Virus record (IMG/VR): IMGVR_UViG_3300003872_000001
Location: 32,001-96,000 of that record
Strand: one strand, 5' to 3'
Length of the DNA stretch: 64,000 nucleotides
Source: a virus
Positions 20,135 through 30,553 of this stretch are shown here, piece after piece (within the stretch, counting starts at the first letter, position 1; the number at the start of each line of letters is the position of its first letter). Position numbers and translations under genes: made by a program. Below the pieces are notes generated by a model, which searched no databases, had not been told where the DNA came from, and was given only the letters and a program-made list of their open reading frames with translations.

Positions 20135-21595
20135 TTATTTATCCTTTTTTGTTATATTTAATTTTTTTCGTAGATCTTCTGGGTACCAATAAGGTATATA
20201 CTCACCTTTTCTCATTTTAAGTAAATCTATAGTACTTAAGAAAGGTATAACATTTTTATCATATTGATTAGGTATCCAAAATCCTCTAGTGTTTAATAAT
20301 AAATCCCAATCATAACCCATAGTTTTAAGATCGTCATATAGTTCCTTAGGAGTACATAATAATCCATTTTCACGATATAAAGGTTTAAATACACTTAATT
20401 GTAACATTTCACTAGTAATGTTAATAGCCCTTCTTAGACTACTATCTTCTTCAGTTTTTTTTCTAATTGTTGTCCTGCCTAAGTTAACTTCAGGATATAT
20501 ATCTAAATGATAATGAACTAAGCTACCATCTATACCATATCTATTATTACTTTTAATATAATGGAATTCAGTCAAACTAGGTAATACACCCTCATTTTGG
20601 CTAACTACTAATTCAATAGTAAATCCACTAGCGCCACCTTTATTCCTAAGAGCAGTAAGCTTAACAATATTCAATTCTGTTTCACTAGCATCATCTTTAG
20701 ATCTAGGATATTCTGGTAGTCTAGTAGATTGATTTTTTAATACTCTAGCTGTATGAGCATACCATGCTATGTTAGTTAAGAAGAAAAATTTAGGACCAAC
20801 TCCTTTAATAGCATCATCCTGCTTCAGATATTGTAATTTTTTAGTGGGTTGATTATACATAGCTGGGCCGCTAGCCATATTAATCTTTTCACCAATATGT
20901 GCTGTTGTTAAAAAACATATATTAGCTTTATTCCCTAATGTAGGAATACTACTTAGAAACTTAGTTTTAAATAAACCTTGTTTCATAAACGCAGTATTAG
21001 TTTTACTATCATCTATATCTTTACTCATAAGCGAGCTTGTGGAACCTGGTTCAAATTCAGTAAGACTATCTATTTCAGCAAATGTGGGTATAATCAATTC
21101 TAATGGTTTTTTTGTATACGGGTCTCTGAATGCTGTAAAAATCATTCTAGTATTTTTAGATTTAGCTTTTTCATCTGCATATTTATTAATATCATTCACC
21201 CATTCATCTGCATTCTCTAAAGATTTATCAGTTATATGCCAAAGTGCATTTTCTCCTAAGATTACACTATTCTCATCCATATTAACAAATGGTTTAGCTA
21301 GCATTGATAATCTGTCTAGAGATACATTAACTTCGGTATCATATGTAGTCATAGCAGTTGGTGTGGAATATAATAGTTTATCAGCTGCTGACAACATTAT
21401 ATAGTGTGTTAAAGTGCTTTTAAATGAGTTACCTGTACCAACTACTGCCGACATGCCCCCAATACTTATACCACCATTAACCACGGTCTCCCCGTTTTTA
21501 CCTATAACAAAATTTGCTGTTGGTATATCCATTAGAGCACCTATATTAATAGACACCTTAGGTAATGTCCTTGTTTTAGTATTAAATTTTAACAT
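20135..21595 (-). CDS. uvsX: RecA/UvsX-like recombinase (phiKZ gp152-like)
   Basis: NIGALMDIPT, Walker A GTGNSFKST, YDTE, EIDSLTEF, TAHIG, RNKGGASG and SQNEGVLPSLTEF motifs. Confidence 0.88.
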   Translation of the reverse strand: MLKFNTKTRTLPKVSINIGALMDIPTANFVIGKNGETVVNGGISIGGMSAVVGTGNSFKSTLTHYIMLSAADKLLYSTPTAMTTYDTEVNVSLDRLSMLAKPFVNMDENSVILGENALWHITDKSLENADEWVNDINKYADEKAKSKNTRMIFTAFRDPYTKKPLELIIPTFAEIDSLTEFEPGSTSSLMSKDIDDSKTNTAFMKQGLFKTKFLSSIPTLGNKANICFLTTAHIGEKINMASGPAMYNQPTKKLQYLKQDDAIKGVGPKFFFLTNIAWYAHTARVLKNQSTRLPEYPRSKDDASETELNIVKLTALRNKGGASGFTIELVVSQNEGVLPSLTEFHYIKSNNRYGIDGSLVHYHLDIYPEVNLGRTTIRKKTEEDSSLRRAINITSEMLQLSVFKPLYRENGLLCTPKELYDDLKTMGYDWDLLLNTRGFWIPNQYDKNVIPFLSTIDLLKMRKGEYIPYWYPEDLRKKLNITKKDK

Positions 21596-21764
21596 TTATA
21601 TTCCTTTAATTTATTTCATCAAGTAATACATGTATAGTATAAATTATTTGTAATTTAACGAAAGCTAATTTATTCTAGTTTAGTATTATATGATAATATT
21701 TAATTTTAATTCTATTTCATTTAACATATGGAGTTAAAAAATAATACACACAAAAGGAAACAAA

Positions 21765-23210
21765 ATGGATAAGATAGAAACTAGGCATGAGTCAGTGGTA
21801 AATAGTTTATATAAAAGTATATGTTATAAGTTAAGTAATGATAATAAAATTAGAATGTTCACTAAGGATCAATTAGATAAATATCTATTATCTAATGAAA
21901 CATATAATACTATATTAAATAATCTACAACATACACAAAATAAAGAAGACTACCCGGTATTAGACTATGTAGATAATGGTAGAAATGAAATATATTTAGA
22001 CCATTTAACTATAGATACTAAATCGGGCATATTGAAATTAACAGGTTCTAAAGTATGTAGTGTTTGTAAAAAGGAATTACCTTTAACAGATTTTGGTAAA
22101 ACTGGTGTTAATAGTAGATCAGCTACCGGTAGACATTCAGCCTGTAAGAAATGTATTAGATTAAAAATGAAAGAGCCTAAACAACTATTATCTTTTATAC
22201 ATAGATATTTAGATAAAAATCCTAAAATAGATTTAAAATTTACTAGAGAAGAGATGTGGGATAGTTGGTTACGACCGGATAGTGAATTTATGAAGTTATA
22301 TAACGCATGGGACAAAATAAATATAAATGATACTCCGAGAATAGAACTCATTGATAAAACTAAACCTTATACATTAGATAATATAAGGCCAATCACTATG
22401 AGAATACTTAAACGATTAGCTAAAGAATCCACTACTAAAGTATGTCAAAAATGTAAAAAAGAATTACCTAAAGAAGCATTCTCTATAAATAGTAAAACTA
22501 AAGATGGTAGAGATACTACTTGTAAACAGTGTACTATAAACGAAAGTAGAGATTTTCATAAGTTAGGATGGCGTATGTATAATGGTATGGTTGGTCGTAG
22601 TAAACGTAGAGGGCATGCGTTACCGACATATGATAAATATGAGTTTCAAAAATGGTTAGAGAACCAACCTAATTACAAAACACTATACAATAATTGGAAA
22701 GAACATAATTGGAACGAAAATTATTCTCCTAGTATTGACAGAATAAATAATTATATAGGTTATACTTTAGATAATATACAATTAACTACACGGGAAGCTA
22801 ATAATGGTAAAGAGAGAATTCCTGTTTTACTATATGATAAAAGGGGCAATCTCTTAAAGTATTTTGTTAATATAAAAAATTGCGCAGAATATCTAGAGAT
22901 ACACCCAGTTACTATTTTTAGGAATGTTAAAAAAGGTAAATTTTACTATAATGAACATATAGTTATACCTGAAAGAATATTTTCTGAAATGTTATTAAAA
23001 TCTATATTAAAAAGAGTAGTTACTATAGTAGACAATAAAGATAAAATTTTATCTATAGGTAAAAAAGGTAACATTAAAGTGTATGATAATATTAAAGATT
23101 GCTCTAGTGATACTAATGATTCTCCTAAAGCTATTAATAATATATTAAGATCCGGTAATAAAAGAAAATTTAGCAAGAATGGTTATACATATGAAAAACT
23201 AGTTAAGTAG
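21765..23210 (+). CDS. Free-standing putative homing endonuclease (Zn-finger + HNH-like + NUMOD1-like HTH)
   Basis: Two CxxCKKELP...CKxC fingers, an HNH-like motif SPSIDRINNYIGYTLDNIQL...NNGK, and two C-terminal 'F/Y.NIK.C...' HTH modules. Confidence 0.75.
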   Translation: MDKIETRHESVVNSLYKSICYKLSNDNKIRMFTKDQLDKYLLSNETYNTILNNLQHTQNKEDYPVLDYVDNGRNEIYLDHLTIDTKSGILKLTGSKVCSVCKKELPLTDFGKTGVNSRSATGRHSACKKCIRLKMKEPKQLLSFIHRYLDKNPKIDLKFTREEMWDSWLRPDSEFMKLYNAWDKININDTPRIELIDKTKPYTLDNIRPITMRILKRLAKESTTKVCQKCKKELPKEAFSINSKTKDGRDTTCKQCTINESRDFHKLGWRMYNGMVGRSKRRGHALPTYDKYEFQKWLENQPNYKTLYNNWKEHNWNENYSPSIDRINNYIGYTLDNIQLTTREANNGKERIPVLLYDKRGNLLKYFVNIKNCAEYLEIHPVTIFRNVKKGKFYYNEHIVIPERIFSEMLLKSILKRVVTIVDNKDKILSIGKKGNIKVYDNIKDCSSDTNDSPKAINNILRSGNKRKFSKNGYTYEKLVK

Positions 23211-23231
23211 CTAAATTCTAATATTTCTTGA

Positions 23232-24134
23232 ATGTTCCAAAATAAAAATAAGGTTAATGTCATGACAGAAAATGTATTAAAAGAATATAGGTTAGCTATA
23301 GAGAGTTTACCTAATTTAAAACAACGCGTAGATATGTTAGAATCTTCTAATGAGAATTTAGGAGCTGTATTCAATAGTGTCTCAGGATTTATAACATCAC
23401 AATTCACAGCTATATATAATACCTTTAGTAATAACAGCAGTAGATTAGAGAAGGTTAATAAAAAAGATCTAAGCGAACAAGCGAAAGACCTTATTAAAAC
23501 TAAAAAAGATATAGCTAAAATTATATCTAGTAAAGAAATGGCTACTTTACATAATATTGAAGTGCCTGTACCACTAGGTATGAAAGTAGATATGCTTACT
23601 GCATCAAGTTATCTAAATACAGCAACTACTAGAATCTCTAAAAAGATATTAGTGTATATATACGAAGTAGATACATTAGTTAGTAAAATGTTAGCTGACG
23701 CTGACTATAGGAAGAAACTTAAACCAGGCAAAATGTTCTTTGAAATACGAAGTGACTCTAATGATAATTTAGATAATATAAAAGCTATCATTGATGAAAA
23801 TGGTGTTAAAGATAGGATGACTCTAGATAACCTTTTACCTAACTTAAATAGTTTAAATTCAATTTTAGCTAATTTAAATAGTGCTAATAACACACTCACT
23901 TATAGTAAGGTAAAAAAAATAGCAGAATCTATAAATGAATTAAGTAGCAAAATAAATGATTTATACGAATATTATACTGATAATAAAGATCTCGGTATAA
24001 CTAAATCTAGTATATCTGAATTAGCTTATGGTGTAGAAAATCTAGCAGATTATACTACTAGTAGTATAACAGTTTTCTATTTAGTTAACCAACTGAATAG
24101 TTCATTTGTCAATATGATAAAATTAATAAAATAA
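23232..24134 (+). CDS. Probable virion head protein
   Basis: Helical ~300-aa ORF (start may be 23262) with an N-terminal S-x-E site (SSNE). Confidence 0.6.
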   Translation: MFQNKNKVNVMTENVLKEYRLAIESLPNLKQRVDMLESSNENLGAVFNSVSGFITSQFTAIYNTFSNNSSRLEKVNKKDLSEQAKDLIKTKKDIAKIISSKEMATLHNIEVPVPLGMKVDMLTASSYLNTATTRISKKILVYIYEVDTLVSKMLADADYRKKLKPGKMFFEIRSDSNDNLDNIKAIIDENGVKDRMTLDNLLPNLNSLNSILANLNSANNTLTYSKVKKIAESINELSSKINDLYEYYTDNKDLGITKSSISELAYGVENLADYTTSSITVFYLVNQLNSSFVNMIKLIK

Positions 24135-24143
24135 GGAAACAGA

Positions 24144-25448
24144 ATGAAGTTATTCGACTTAAGTAATGAAGAAGTAGTTGCTACTGAAGCATATGTACCA
24201 AATGAAGATATGGTTGAAGAAATAACTAACCTACAGAATGAGATAGTTATGAGTTGTGAGGCTATGACTGAAGGTCTAGCTACAGTTGAAAGACTAGAGA
24301 CTATGTTAGCTAGTCACGAGAATCTACCAAAGAATATTAAGTCTGATGTAGCTTATTGTAATGTAGCTACAGAGAACATCTCTATGGTATGTGCTAATAT
24401 AGGCCTAACTCCGTCAGTACAAGTATCTGTAGAGTCTATAGATGATAAAGAACTAGGATCGCTATCTACTGAAGATATTAAAGATACTATACAAAAAATA
24501 ATAAATGCAATCAAGAAGATGTTCTTGAAAGTAGCAGCTAAGATCAAACAGTTCATAACTAAACTAGTTCATAATGGTAGAAGACTAGATGCTAGATTGG
24601 ATGCATTTAAAAAAATAGTTAATGACTCTAAAGCAGAAGATGTGCAAGATGAAAAGAAAGAAATTTTATTAAAGAAATTAAAGAAATTCACAACTTTATT
24701 TTCAGCTGCATTAGATGATGGCGCTTCTGGTTCATTAACACTTAAACAACTTGATACATTAATTAGCTTTAGTTCAGAATACAAAAACGTGGATAGTTCT
24801 ATTGAAGTACCAGAAGAATTAATGAATGCTTTCATGAATGGTTTTGCTGACCCTGAAAATGAAGACAAAATATGGGCCGATATCGTTAAACGTTACGAGC
24901 ATAATTATAAAACTCTATTCGGTAAACTATTACATAATCTGGCTAAGAATAAAATAGAAGGAGATGACGAAAAAAAAATTGTAACTGATATAAAAATACA
25001 GCCAATACGCGTGGATGGTGATGTGATTTCCGGTATGATATACTACATGTATACCAAGAATAAAGATAAAGAACCAGAACTTATGTTAAAATTTATGAGC
25101 TTTAAATGTGACCAAGATCGGGTATTCCATGATACTTCAAGTGAGAAAGTTTCTGTTCCGGATTTAGCAGATGTTAAAAAATTTATATCTGGTATTGAAA
25201 AGCCTAGTTCCGTATTAAGTAAATTATCTAAAGGTGGTGAAGAAGATTTAGACACAACTGAAAGATCTATTAAAAGATTAGAAGAAATTGTCAAAGACGA
25301 TGATAGTGAAAGTGTTCGTATTAGTTCAAAAATTAATGAAATATATAGTATAGTTCCTAAAGTAGTTAATGGTAATATTATTAACTATTATAACAATATT
25401 GTTAATATATTAGATTTATTTTCTGCATATATTGTAGTTAAAAAATAA
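24144..25448 (+). CDS. phiKZ-like internal head (inner body/ejection) protein
   Basis: Acidic propeptide with repeated S/A-x-E sites (SNE, ATE, SCE, SHE, ATE, SVE, STE), followed by the typical amphipathic helix IKDTIQKIINAIKKMF. Confidence 0.78.
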   Translation: MKLFDLSNEEVVATEAYVPNEDMVEEITNLQNEIVMSCEAMTEGLATVERLETMLASHENLPKNIKSDVAYCNVATENISMVCANIGLTPSVQVSVESIDDKELGSLSTEDIKDTIQKIINAIKKMFLKVAAKIKQFITKLVHNGRRLDARLDAFKKIVNDSKAEDVQDEKKEILLKKLKKFTTLFSAALDDGASGSLTLKQLDTLISFSSEYKNVDSSIEVPEELMNAFMNGFADPENEDKIWADIVKRYEHNYKTLFGKLLHNLAKNKIEGDDEKKIVTDIKIQPIRVDGDVISGMIYYMYTKNKDKEPELMLKFMSFKCDQDRVFHDTSSEKVSVPDLADVKKFISGIEKPSSVLSKLSKGGEEDLDTTERSIKRLEEIVKDDDSESVRISSKINEIYSIVPKVVNGNIINYYNNIVNILDLFSAYIVVKK

Positions 25449-25456
25449 GTATAGTT

Positions 25457-25488
25457 ATACGCTAGTAGCTAATATGCTACTAGTGTAT
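25457..25488. terminator. Palindromic hairpin (CACTAGTAGC family)
   Basis: atacgctagtagc-taatat-gctactagtgtat. Confidence 0.7.
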
Positions 25489-25543
25489 ATAACTTTTAAA
25501 TTACTTATTTCATTAGTGGAAAATAGAAAATAAAGGTTAAGAA

Positions 25544-26971
25544 ATGTCTAAAACTAAAGAAGAGAATGATATTGAAGTAGAACCTACATATCATATGGTT
25601 ATATATTGTGATGGAAGTGCTGGGCCTACTAATCCCGGATTCTATGGTACTGGTATACATGGTTATATTTATAGTAATAAAAGTATAGGTATGAAAAATG
25701 GTGACCGGCCTAATAAGTTTATGATAACCGATATGGGGTATATAGAAAATGGTCAAATGAGTGATAAGGCTAATACTATTATTCCATTAGTCTACTTAGA
25801 TGGCTATAGGTCTAATAATGGTATAAATAGTAATAATGCTGCTGAAATAGATGGTATACAAATAGCTATAGAAACTGCTCTGGATAATTCTAAATATAAA
25901 ATATCGTCTATCTATATTAAAACAGATAGTCTATATGCTATGGGTGTTTTTGAGAAAGCTAAAGGGAGTGTGAAAATTTGGGATACACCAGACAGACCTA
26001 ATATCGAAAGATATTGGTTAGCTAAGGATATATTAGAAAGAGCTAAAGAAGTTAACCTTGAAATTAATATTATTAAAGTACTTGGACATAGTACTGCTAT
26101 CGGTAATCATTTAGCTGATAGGATGGCATTCTTAGGTAGAGATATGAGTGGTAAGTATTCTAAAGATGAAACTATTATTAAATATACCGAACCAAAATAC
26201 TGGAAGCCTAAAATAATTAAAAATTCTCTTATTAATTTTAAGAATTTATACTTTATGAAAGGTCTGACTAATCCTAATATGTATTCTATATTAAATTATG
26301 GTGATGTGGAATTAGGTAAAAAAACAAACACAGCAACATTTGGGCTAGTTAAATTAAATGAGCCTATTACATATATTAATAATATTATAGATCAATTTAA
26401 CAGGTATCTAGGAACTAAAGCAGTTATTTCAACTATAGATCTTAGTGTACTTTATTCGCAACGCATGATGCATTATTATGATTTATTTAAAGATGAAATA
26501 CTTATTCCTAATCCTAGAGGTAGAAAATACTTAGCTGTTCTAGAAGAAGATATAGTGTGTAGTGAAGTATACCCGCCTGGATTAGCTAAAAGTGCCCTAG
26601 ACAAGACTTTGATACTTAATAATATCATCTATGATTATGAACATGAGAAGAATATGTTCCACTATGTAGATATAACAGATAAGATTTATGGTGTGGACAG
26701 TAAAGGTAAACCTAAAACTCTACTAACACAAACTGATACTATAATAGATGTTACTATAGAATGTGGTGTTGTTAAATTAGAAGTAGGCACAGATATAATA
26801 AATAGAAATTTACTTAAGAAGATTGAAAATGAAGAAACTAAAGTTTATTTAGTTTATGTATATAAAAGTAAAACTAGTGTACAATACTGGACCTTAGTTG
26901 ATGCTACTAAGGTTAATAATATTGGTGTGTACTGTAATTTTTATACTGGTTATTTATTCTGTAAAAAGTAA
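25544..26971 (+). CDS. rnhA: Ribonuclease H with C-terminal extension (phiKZ gp155-like)
   Basis: RNase HI catalytic motifs IYCDGSA..NPG, NNAAE, IKTDSLY and KVLGHS..IGNHLAD. Confidence 0.9.
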   Translation: MSKTKEENDIEVEPTYHMVIYCDGSAGPTNPGFYGTGIHGYIYSNKSIGMKNGDRPNKFMITDMGYIENGQMSDKANTIIPLVYLDGYRSNNGINSNNAAEIDGIQIAIETALDNSKYKISSIYIKTDSLYAMGVFEKAKGSVKIWDTPDRPNIERYWLAKDILERAKEVNLEINIIKVLGHSTAIGNHLADRMAFLGRDMSGKYSKDETIIKYTEPKYWKPKIIKNSLINFKNLYFMKGLTNPNMYSILNYGDVELGKKTNTATFGLVKLNEPITYINNIIDQFNRYLGTKAVISTIDLSVLYSQRMMHYYDLFKDEILIPNPRGRKYLAVLEEDIVCSEVYPPGLAKSALDKTLILNNIIYDYEHEKNMFHYVDITDKIYGVDSKGKPKTLLTQTDTIIDVTIECGVVKLEVGTDIINRNLLKKIENEETKVYLVYVYKSKTSVQYWTLVDATKVNNIGVYCNFYTGYLFCKK

Positions 26972-27086
26972 TATCTGTATACTAGTAGGCAACTACTGGT
27001 ATACTTGTAAGCATTTCTTGAATAATATGTAACCTTTAGTTATTAAAAAGAGGTTCATTATGTTAAATATGAAAAATTAATAAGGA

Positions 27087-27500
27087 ATGATTATGTCTGA
27101 TAATAGTATATTTACCGATGACGAAAAAGAAATATTAGAACTTACTAAAAAAGTAAGAATCGATGCTTTAAAATCTTTAACAAAAAATGGCTCACCTGTA
27201 AAAACTAATGAACTAAGAATATTAAATGAAATAAGTACATCTTTAGATAAGGTTGTACAAGATTCTGCGTCAAATAGACTTAAGTCAGAGGATGTTAAAA
27301 ATAGTAGTGCCACTGTAGATTTAGTTAGGGAGACATTATTAAATGCTCAGAAGATTAAAAGTAAAATGACCATGAATACTGTACGTGAATTAGATAGCAA
27401 TTTTAAATTAGAACATATTGTTCCCGGTCATACTGATATCAACCCTGGTAAACTAGAGCCTTCTGAATTTATAGATATTAACGATGGAGATGCCAAATGA
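27087..27500 (+). CDS. Hypothetical protein (position of phiKZ gp156)
   Basis: 137-aa ORF with an AAGGA RBS, coupled by ATGA overlap to the next gene. Confidence 0.65.
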   Translation: MIMSDNSIFTDDEKEILELTKKVRIDALKSLTKNGSPVKTNELRILNEISTSLDKVVQDSASNRLKSEDVKNSSATVDLVRETLLNAQKIKSKMTMNTVRELDSNFKLEHIVPGHTDINPGKLEPSEFIDINDGDAK

Positions 27501-28300
27501 TAATCAACTCACAAAGAACTATATACGCACTAGACATGCAATCACATATGATGCTAGGTATGCCATATGAAACATTACCGAATACTACATTAAATGAAAA
27601 ATATAATTTTTTAACTAACTTAACTACAAATGGTGTATATCCTACTATTAAATATCTGGTAATAGGTAAGGGCGGTACACCTAAGTTCACTAATAGTCTA
27701 ATGAAGCACTCTGCACACACAGCTAAAGATGCAGCACTATTCGAACAAGTTCCTTTTGTGATGAAAACACATGAGACTGATTTGTCTGCAGCAGACCAAG
27801 CTAAATATAGATTTAGATTTATAGAGATTCATAATGGTGTAGAATATGTATGTTACTATTTAAAAATTATTCCATCGATTGATTTAAATCGTGGTATTTA
27901 CCAGGTTAATGTTGTTGGTAATGATGGTAAGTTAGGTTACTTCGACACAAACAGAAGCGATATATTACTACCTAAACCAGCGGCTAATATAAATTATTTA
28001 GATACAGCAAATAGTGTTTACCTTGCAAAAAGTATGAAAGTTATGTTCGAGATGACTATTGATGATATAGACAACCTTAAAGAAGTATATAAAATACTTT
28101 ATAAGGAACCTGTTAACATAACTGAAATTGGAGTTTGTAGCGGGATTGACACACCTATTGCTAGTGGAGCTATTGAGGCTAAATGCGTACAACTTAATTA
28201 CTTTGTAGGAGTAGACATTAATCTGGTAGAAGATCTTGACGCCAATGGCCAGTTTATTAGATCGATAGAAATTGGTGGTAGTGAAATGTTAATAATGTAA
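27497..28300 (+). CDS. Virion structural protein (phiKZ gp157-like)
   Basis: NTTLNEKY, YLVIGKGG, DAALFEQVPFV, YYLK and EIGVCSGID motifs plus synteny. Confidence 0.72.
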   Translation: MIINSQRTIYALDMQSHMMLGMPYETLPNTTLNEKYNFLTNLTTNGVYPTIKYLVIGKGGTPKFTNSLMKHSAHTAKDAALFEQVPFVMKTHETDLSAADQAKYRFRFIEIHNGVEYVCYYLKIIPSIDLNRGIYQVNVVGNDGKLGYFDTNRSDILLPKPAANINYLDTANSVYLAKSMKVMFEMTIDDIDNLKEVYKILYKEPVNITEIGVCSGIDTPIASGAIEAKCVQLNYFVGVDINLVEDLDANGQFIRSIEIGGSEMLIM

Positions 28301-28314
28301 ATTAAGGAGGATCT

Positions 28315-28869
28315 ATGGATACAATTAATATTTTAGCAATAGATCCTGGTGGGAATACAGGTGTTTCTATATTTACTATAAATGTAGTTACTATTGAAAT
28401 CGTTAATATAGAAACATTTTTTATAGATTTAGAATATTATGATAAAGATAATGATTATGAAAAACTAAAAAATAAACTATTAGGTTTAAGCGTTAGCATA
28501 AAACATATAATAGATGTTTATAATCCACACATACTAGCAATTGAAGATACATTTGTAAATTATAGATTTCCCAAATCAGCAATTTATCTTTCCCAATATA
28601 TAGCAACTATTGAACTAGCTGTAATGTCGTCTAATAAATTTATTAAAATATATAAATATCCTCCTAAACTTATAAAATATTATGTAGGAGCTAAAGGTAA
28701 TGCCGATAAAGATATGATGTTAGCTAGAGTAGCTCTTATACCTGAGATAACTAAATATATTAACCCATACCATATAACTGAACATGAAATCGATAGTTTA
28801 GCTATAGGTTATATTACTATAAATTTTATACGAGAAGATCCTTTACAATTATTAATCCTTTGTAGTTAG
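28315..28869 (+). CDS. ruvC: RuvC-like Holliday junction resolvase
   Basis: ILAIDPG..TG, LAIED, Y.P..IK..VG..GNADK and HEIDSLAIG motifs. Confidence 0.9.
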   Translation: MDTINILAIDPGGNTGVSIFTINVVTIEIVNIETFFIDLEYYDKDNDYEKLKNKLLGLSVSIKHIIDVYNPHILAIEDTFVNYRFPKSAIYLSQYIATIELAVMSSNKFIKIYKYPPKLIKYYVGAKGNADKDMMLARVALIPEITKYINPYHITEHEIDSLAIGYITINFIREDPLQLLILCS

Positions 28870-29010
28870 TAAAACTTCATCCTTCAGAGCTGGGTAACAC
28901 TAGAGTGTTACAACTAGTAATATAACTATCAAGTACTATAGGTAGGGAACCGACCTTAGCTGCTCTTAGAGTAGTCTAGAAGCCACCTCGTTCGCAAAGT
29001 GGTAGTTCAC
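28856..29010 (+). mobile_element. Non-autonomous IS200/IS605-family element (copy 2, further deleted)
   Basis: TAGTTAGTAAAACT..TCCTTCAG left end, plus ~110 bp matching 6214-6325 and ending GAAGCCACCTCGTTC...GGTAGTTCAC. It overlaps the last codons of ruvC. Confidence 0.82.
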
Positions 29011-29106
29011 TAATGATATAACATACTATTAGGTATTACCTAATAGTGTGTAAATATTTGACATATATCACTTCCCTGAATGAAGAAAATATAAATAGGA
29101 GGAGCT

Positions 29107-29586
29107 ATGATTAAAAGGATTATAAATAAGTTACAAAATTATTTAAATATACATAATGAAGACCCAATCATAGTAAAAATTAATAAATTAGAATCACATA
29201 TTTCTAAATATGAATTTAATCCTTATTTAACAGCAAGTAATATAGAAGTCATACATCCAGATATATTGATCTATACAAAAGCCATTAATGACTTACTTGC
29301 ACAAAATTTATCTAAAAATTATATTAAGGTACAACCTATAAATAAGAATAGTGTATTAACAGTCCATATAGGTACCTTCTGGACTGATCAAGGCAATTTA
29401 CTAACAAATACTAATGCAGCTTTTAAAGAGTGGCTAGAGGCCTCTAAAGAGCTTATTAATAGATACAATATAAATATCAAATTAGTAGGATCTGGTATAC
29501 CATATAGTAATGCAGTCAAACTACAACCATACATCACTAATATAAGGAGTATAATCAATACATTGGAATTAGATTACTTCTCTTAG
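29107..29586 (+). CDS. Hypothetical protein
   Basis: 159-aa ORF with an AGGAGG RBS. Confidence 0.65.
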   Translation: MIKRIINKLQNYLNIHNEDPIIVKINKLESHISKYEFNPYLTASNIEVIHPDILIYTKAINDLLAQNLSKNYIKVQPINKNSVLTVHIGTFWTDQGNLLTNTNAAFKEWLEASKELINRYNINIKLVGSGIPYSNAVKLQPYITNIRSIINTLELDYFS

Positions 29587-29620
29587 TTACCAGAAGTAAG
29601 TATTTGAGATATGTGCGTAT

Positions 29621-29656
29621 TTGATTCTAAACAGAAACAAGTATATAATATTAAAA
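29621..29656 (+). promoter_or_regulatory. Putative phage promoter
   Basis: TTGATT-ctaaacagaaacaagta(17)-TATAAT-ATTAAAA. Confidence 0.7.
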
Positions 29657-29718
29657 TAAGCATAACAATCAATGTTGTGTAAGCCATCACCAAGTATGGT
29701 GATATAAAAGGAAACTTT

Positions 29719-30132
29719 ATGAATAAAGGTAAGATCAAGTTAGAGGAAATAACAACTTTCCAAGAAGGAACAATATTAACGAAACTATGGCGTAATATTT
29801 TACATGATATTAACTATATAAATAATTTAGAATATTTAGTTAATAGATATGTCAATAAGACTAAATCTTCTGTTAATATGGTTAATAGACGAACTAAGTC
29901 GTCACTTATTAAAAATATAACAGCCAAAGATATGAGTTGGAGAACTTTTATAGATTTAATATTTAATGTCTTAGATATCAAATTTATGACAATTAGTATT
30001 AAGTTAGATCATGCTGACGGTACTAGTACTGTGCACCATATTAAAACAGCTAAACCAATTATTAAAAAGACACTTAAGGGAGTCATAGATGGAGATACAG
30101 ATGAAGAAACAAATGATAAAAAGTCTATATGA
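29719..30132 (+). CDS. Conserved phiKZ-like hypothetical protein
   Basis: 137 aa with a GTILTKLWRNIL...DMSWRTF pattern and an AAGGA RBS. Confidence 0.65.
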   Translation: MNKGKIKLEEITTFQEGTILTKLWRNILHDINYINNLEYLVNRYVNKTKSSVNMVNRRTKSSLIKNITAKDMSWRTFIDLIFNVLDIKFMTISIKLDHADGTSTVHHIKTAKPIIKKTLKGVIDGDTDEETNDKKSI

Positions 30133-30553
30133 CACAATAACAGAAACACGATCACCAGAATTAAAAAAGCTATCTGATTTCTTTAAAGAGATATATAAAT
30201 ATAATGTACATACTCTATCTACAGAGATAAGTATAAATAAACTTATGGGATATATTTATGAAAATGATACAGACACCATCTTTGACTTTTTATATAGATT
30301 GAAGTACAACTTACTTTTAGCTAATTGTGAAGATGCTTTGCAGACTGTAAGTAAACTAAATAAGAATGATAAATTGTTCTTAAAAAGTAAATATATAGAT
30401 AAAACATTATCTGCAATTATGACATATAATTTTGATAATACAGATGAATTTGTAGAGCTGGTTGTCTTATTAAGATTAAATATTAATTATGTTATAAAAG
30501 ATATTATATTTAAAATGGAAGGAAATGATGATGTACCAAATAACAATGAATGA
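30089..30553 (+). CDS. Hypothetical protein
   Basis: 154-aa ORF in an overlapping operon, with a GGAG RBS. Confidence 0.6.
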   Translation: MEIQMKKQMIKSLYDTITETRSPELKKLSDFFKEIYKYNVHTLSTEISINKLMGYIYENDTDTIFDFLYRLKYNLLLANCEDALQTVSKLNKNDKLFLKSKYIDKTLSAIMTYNFDNTDEFVELVVLLRLNINYVIKDIIFKMEGNDDVPNNNE

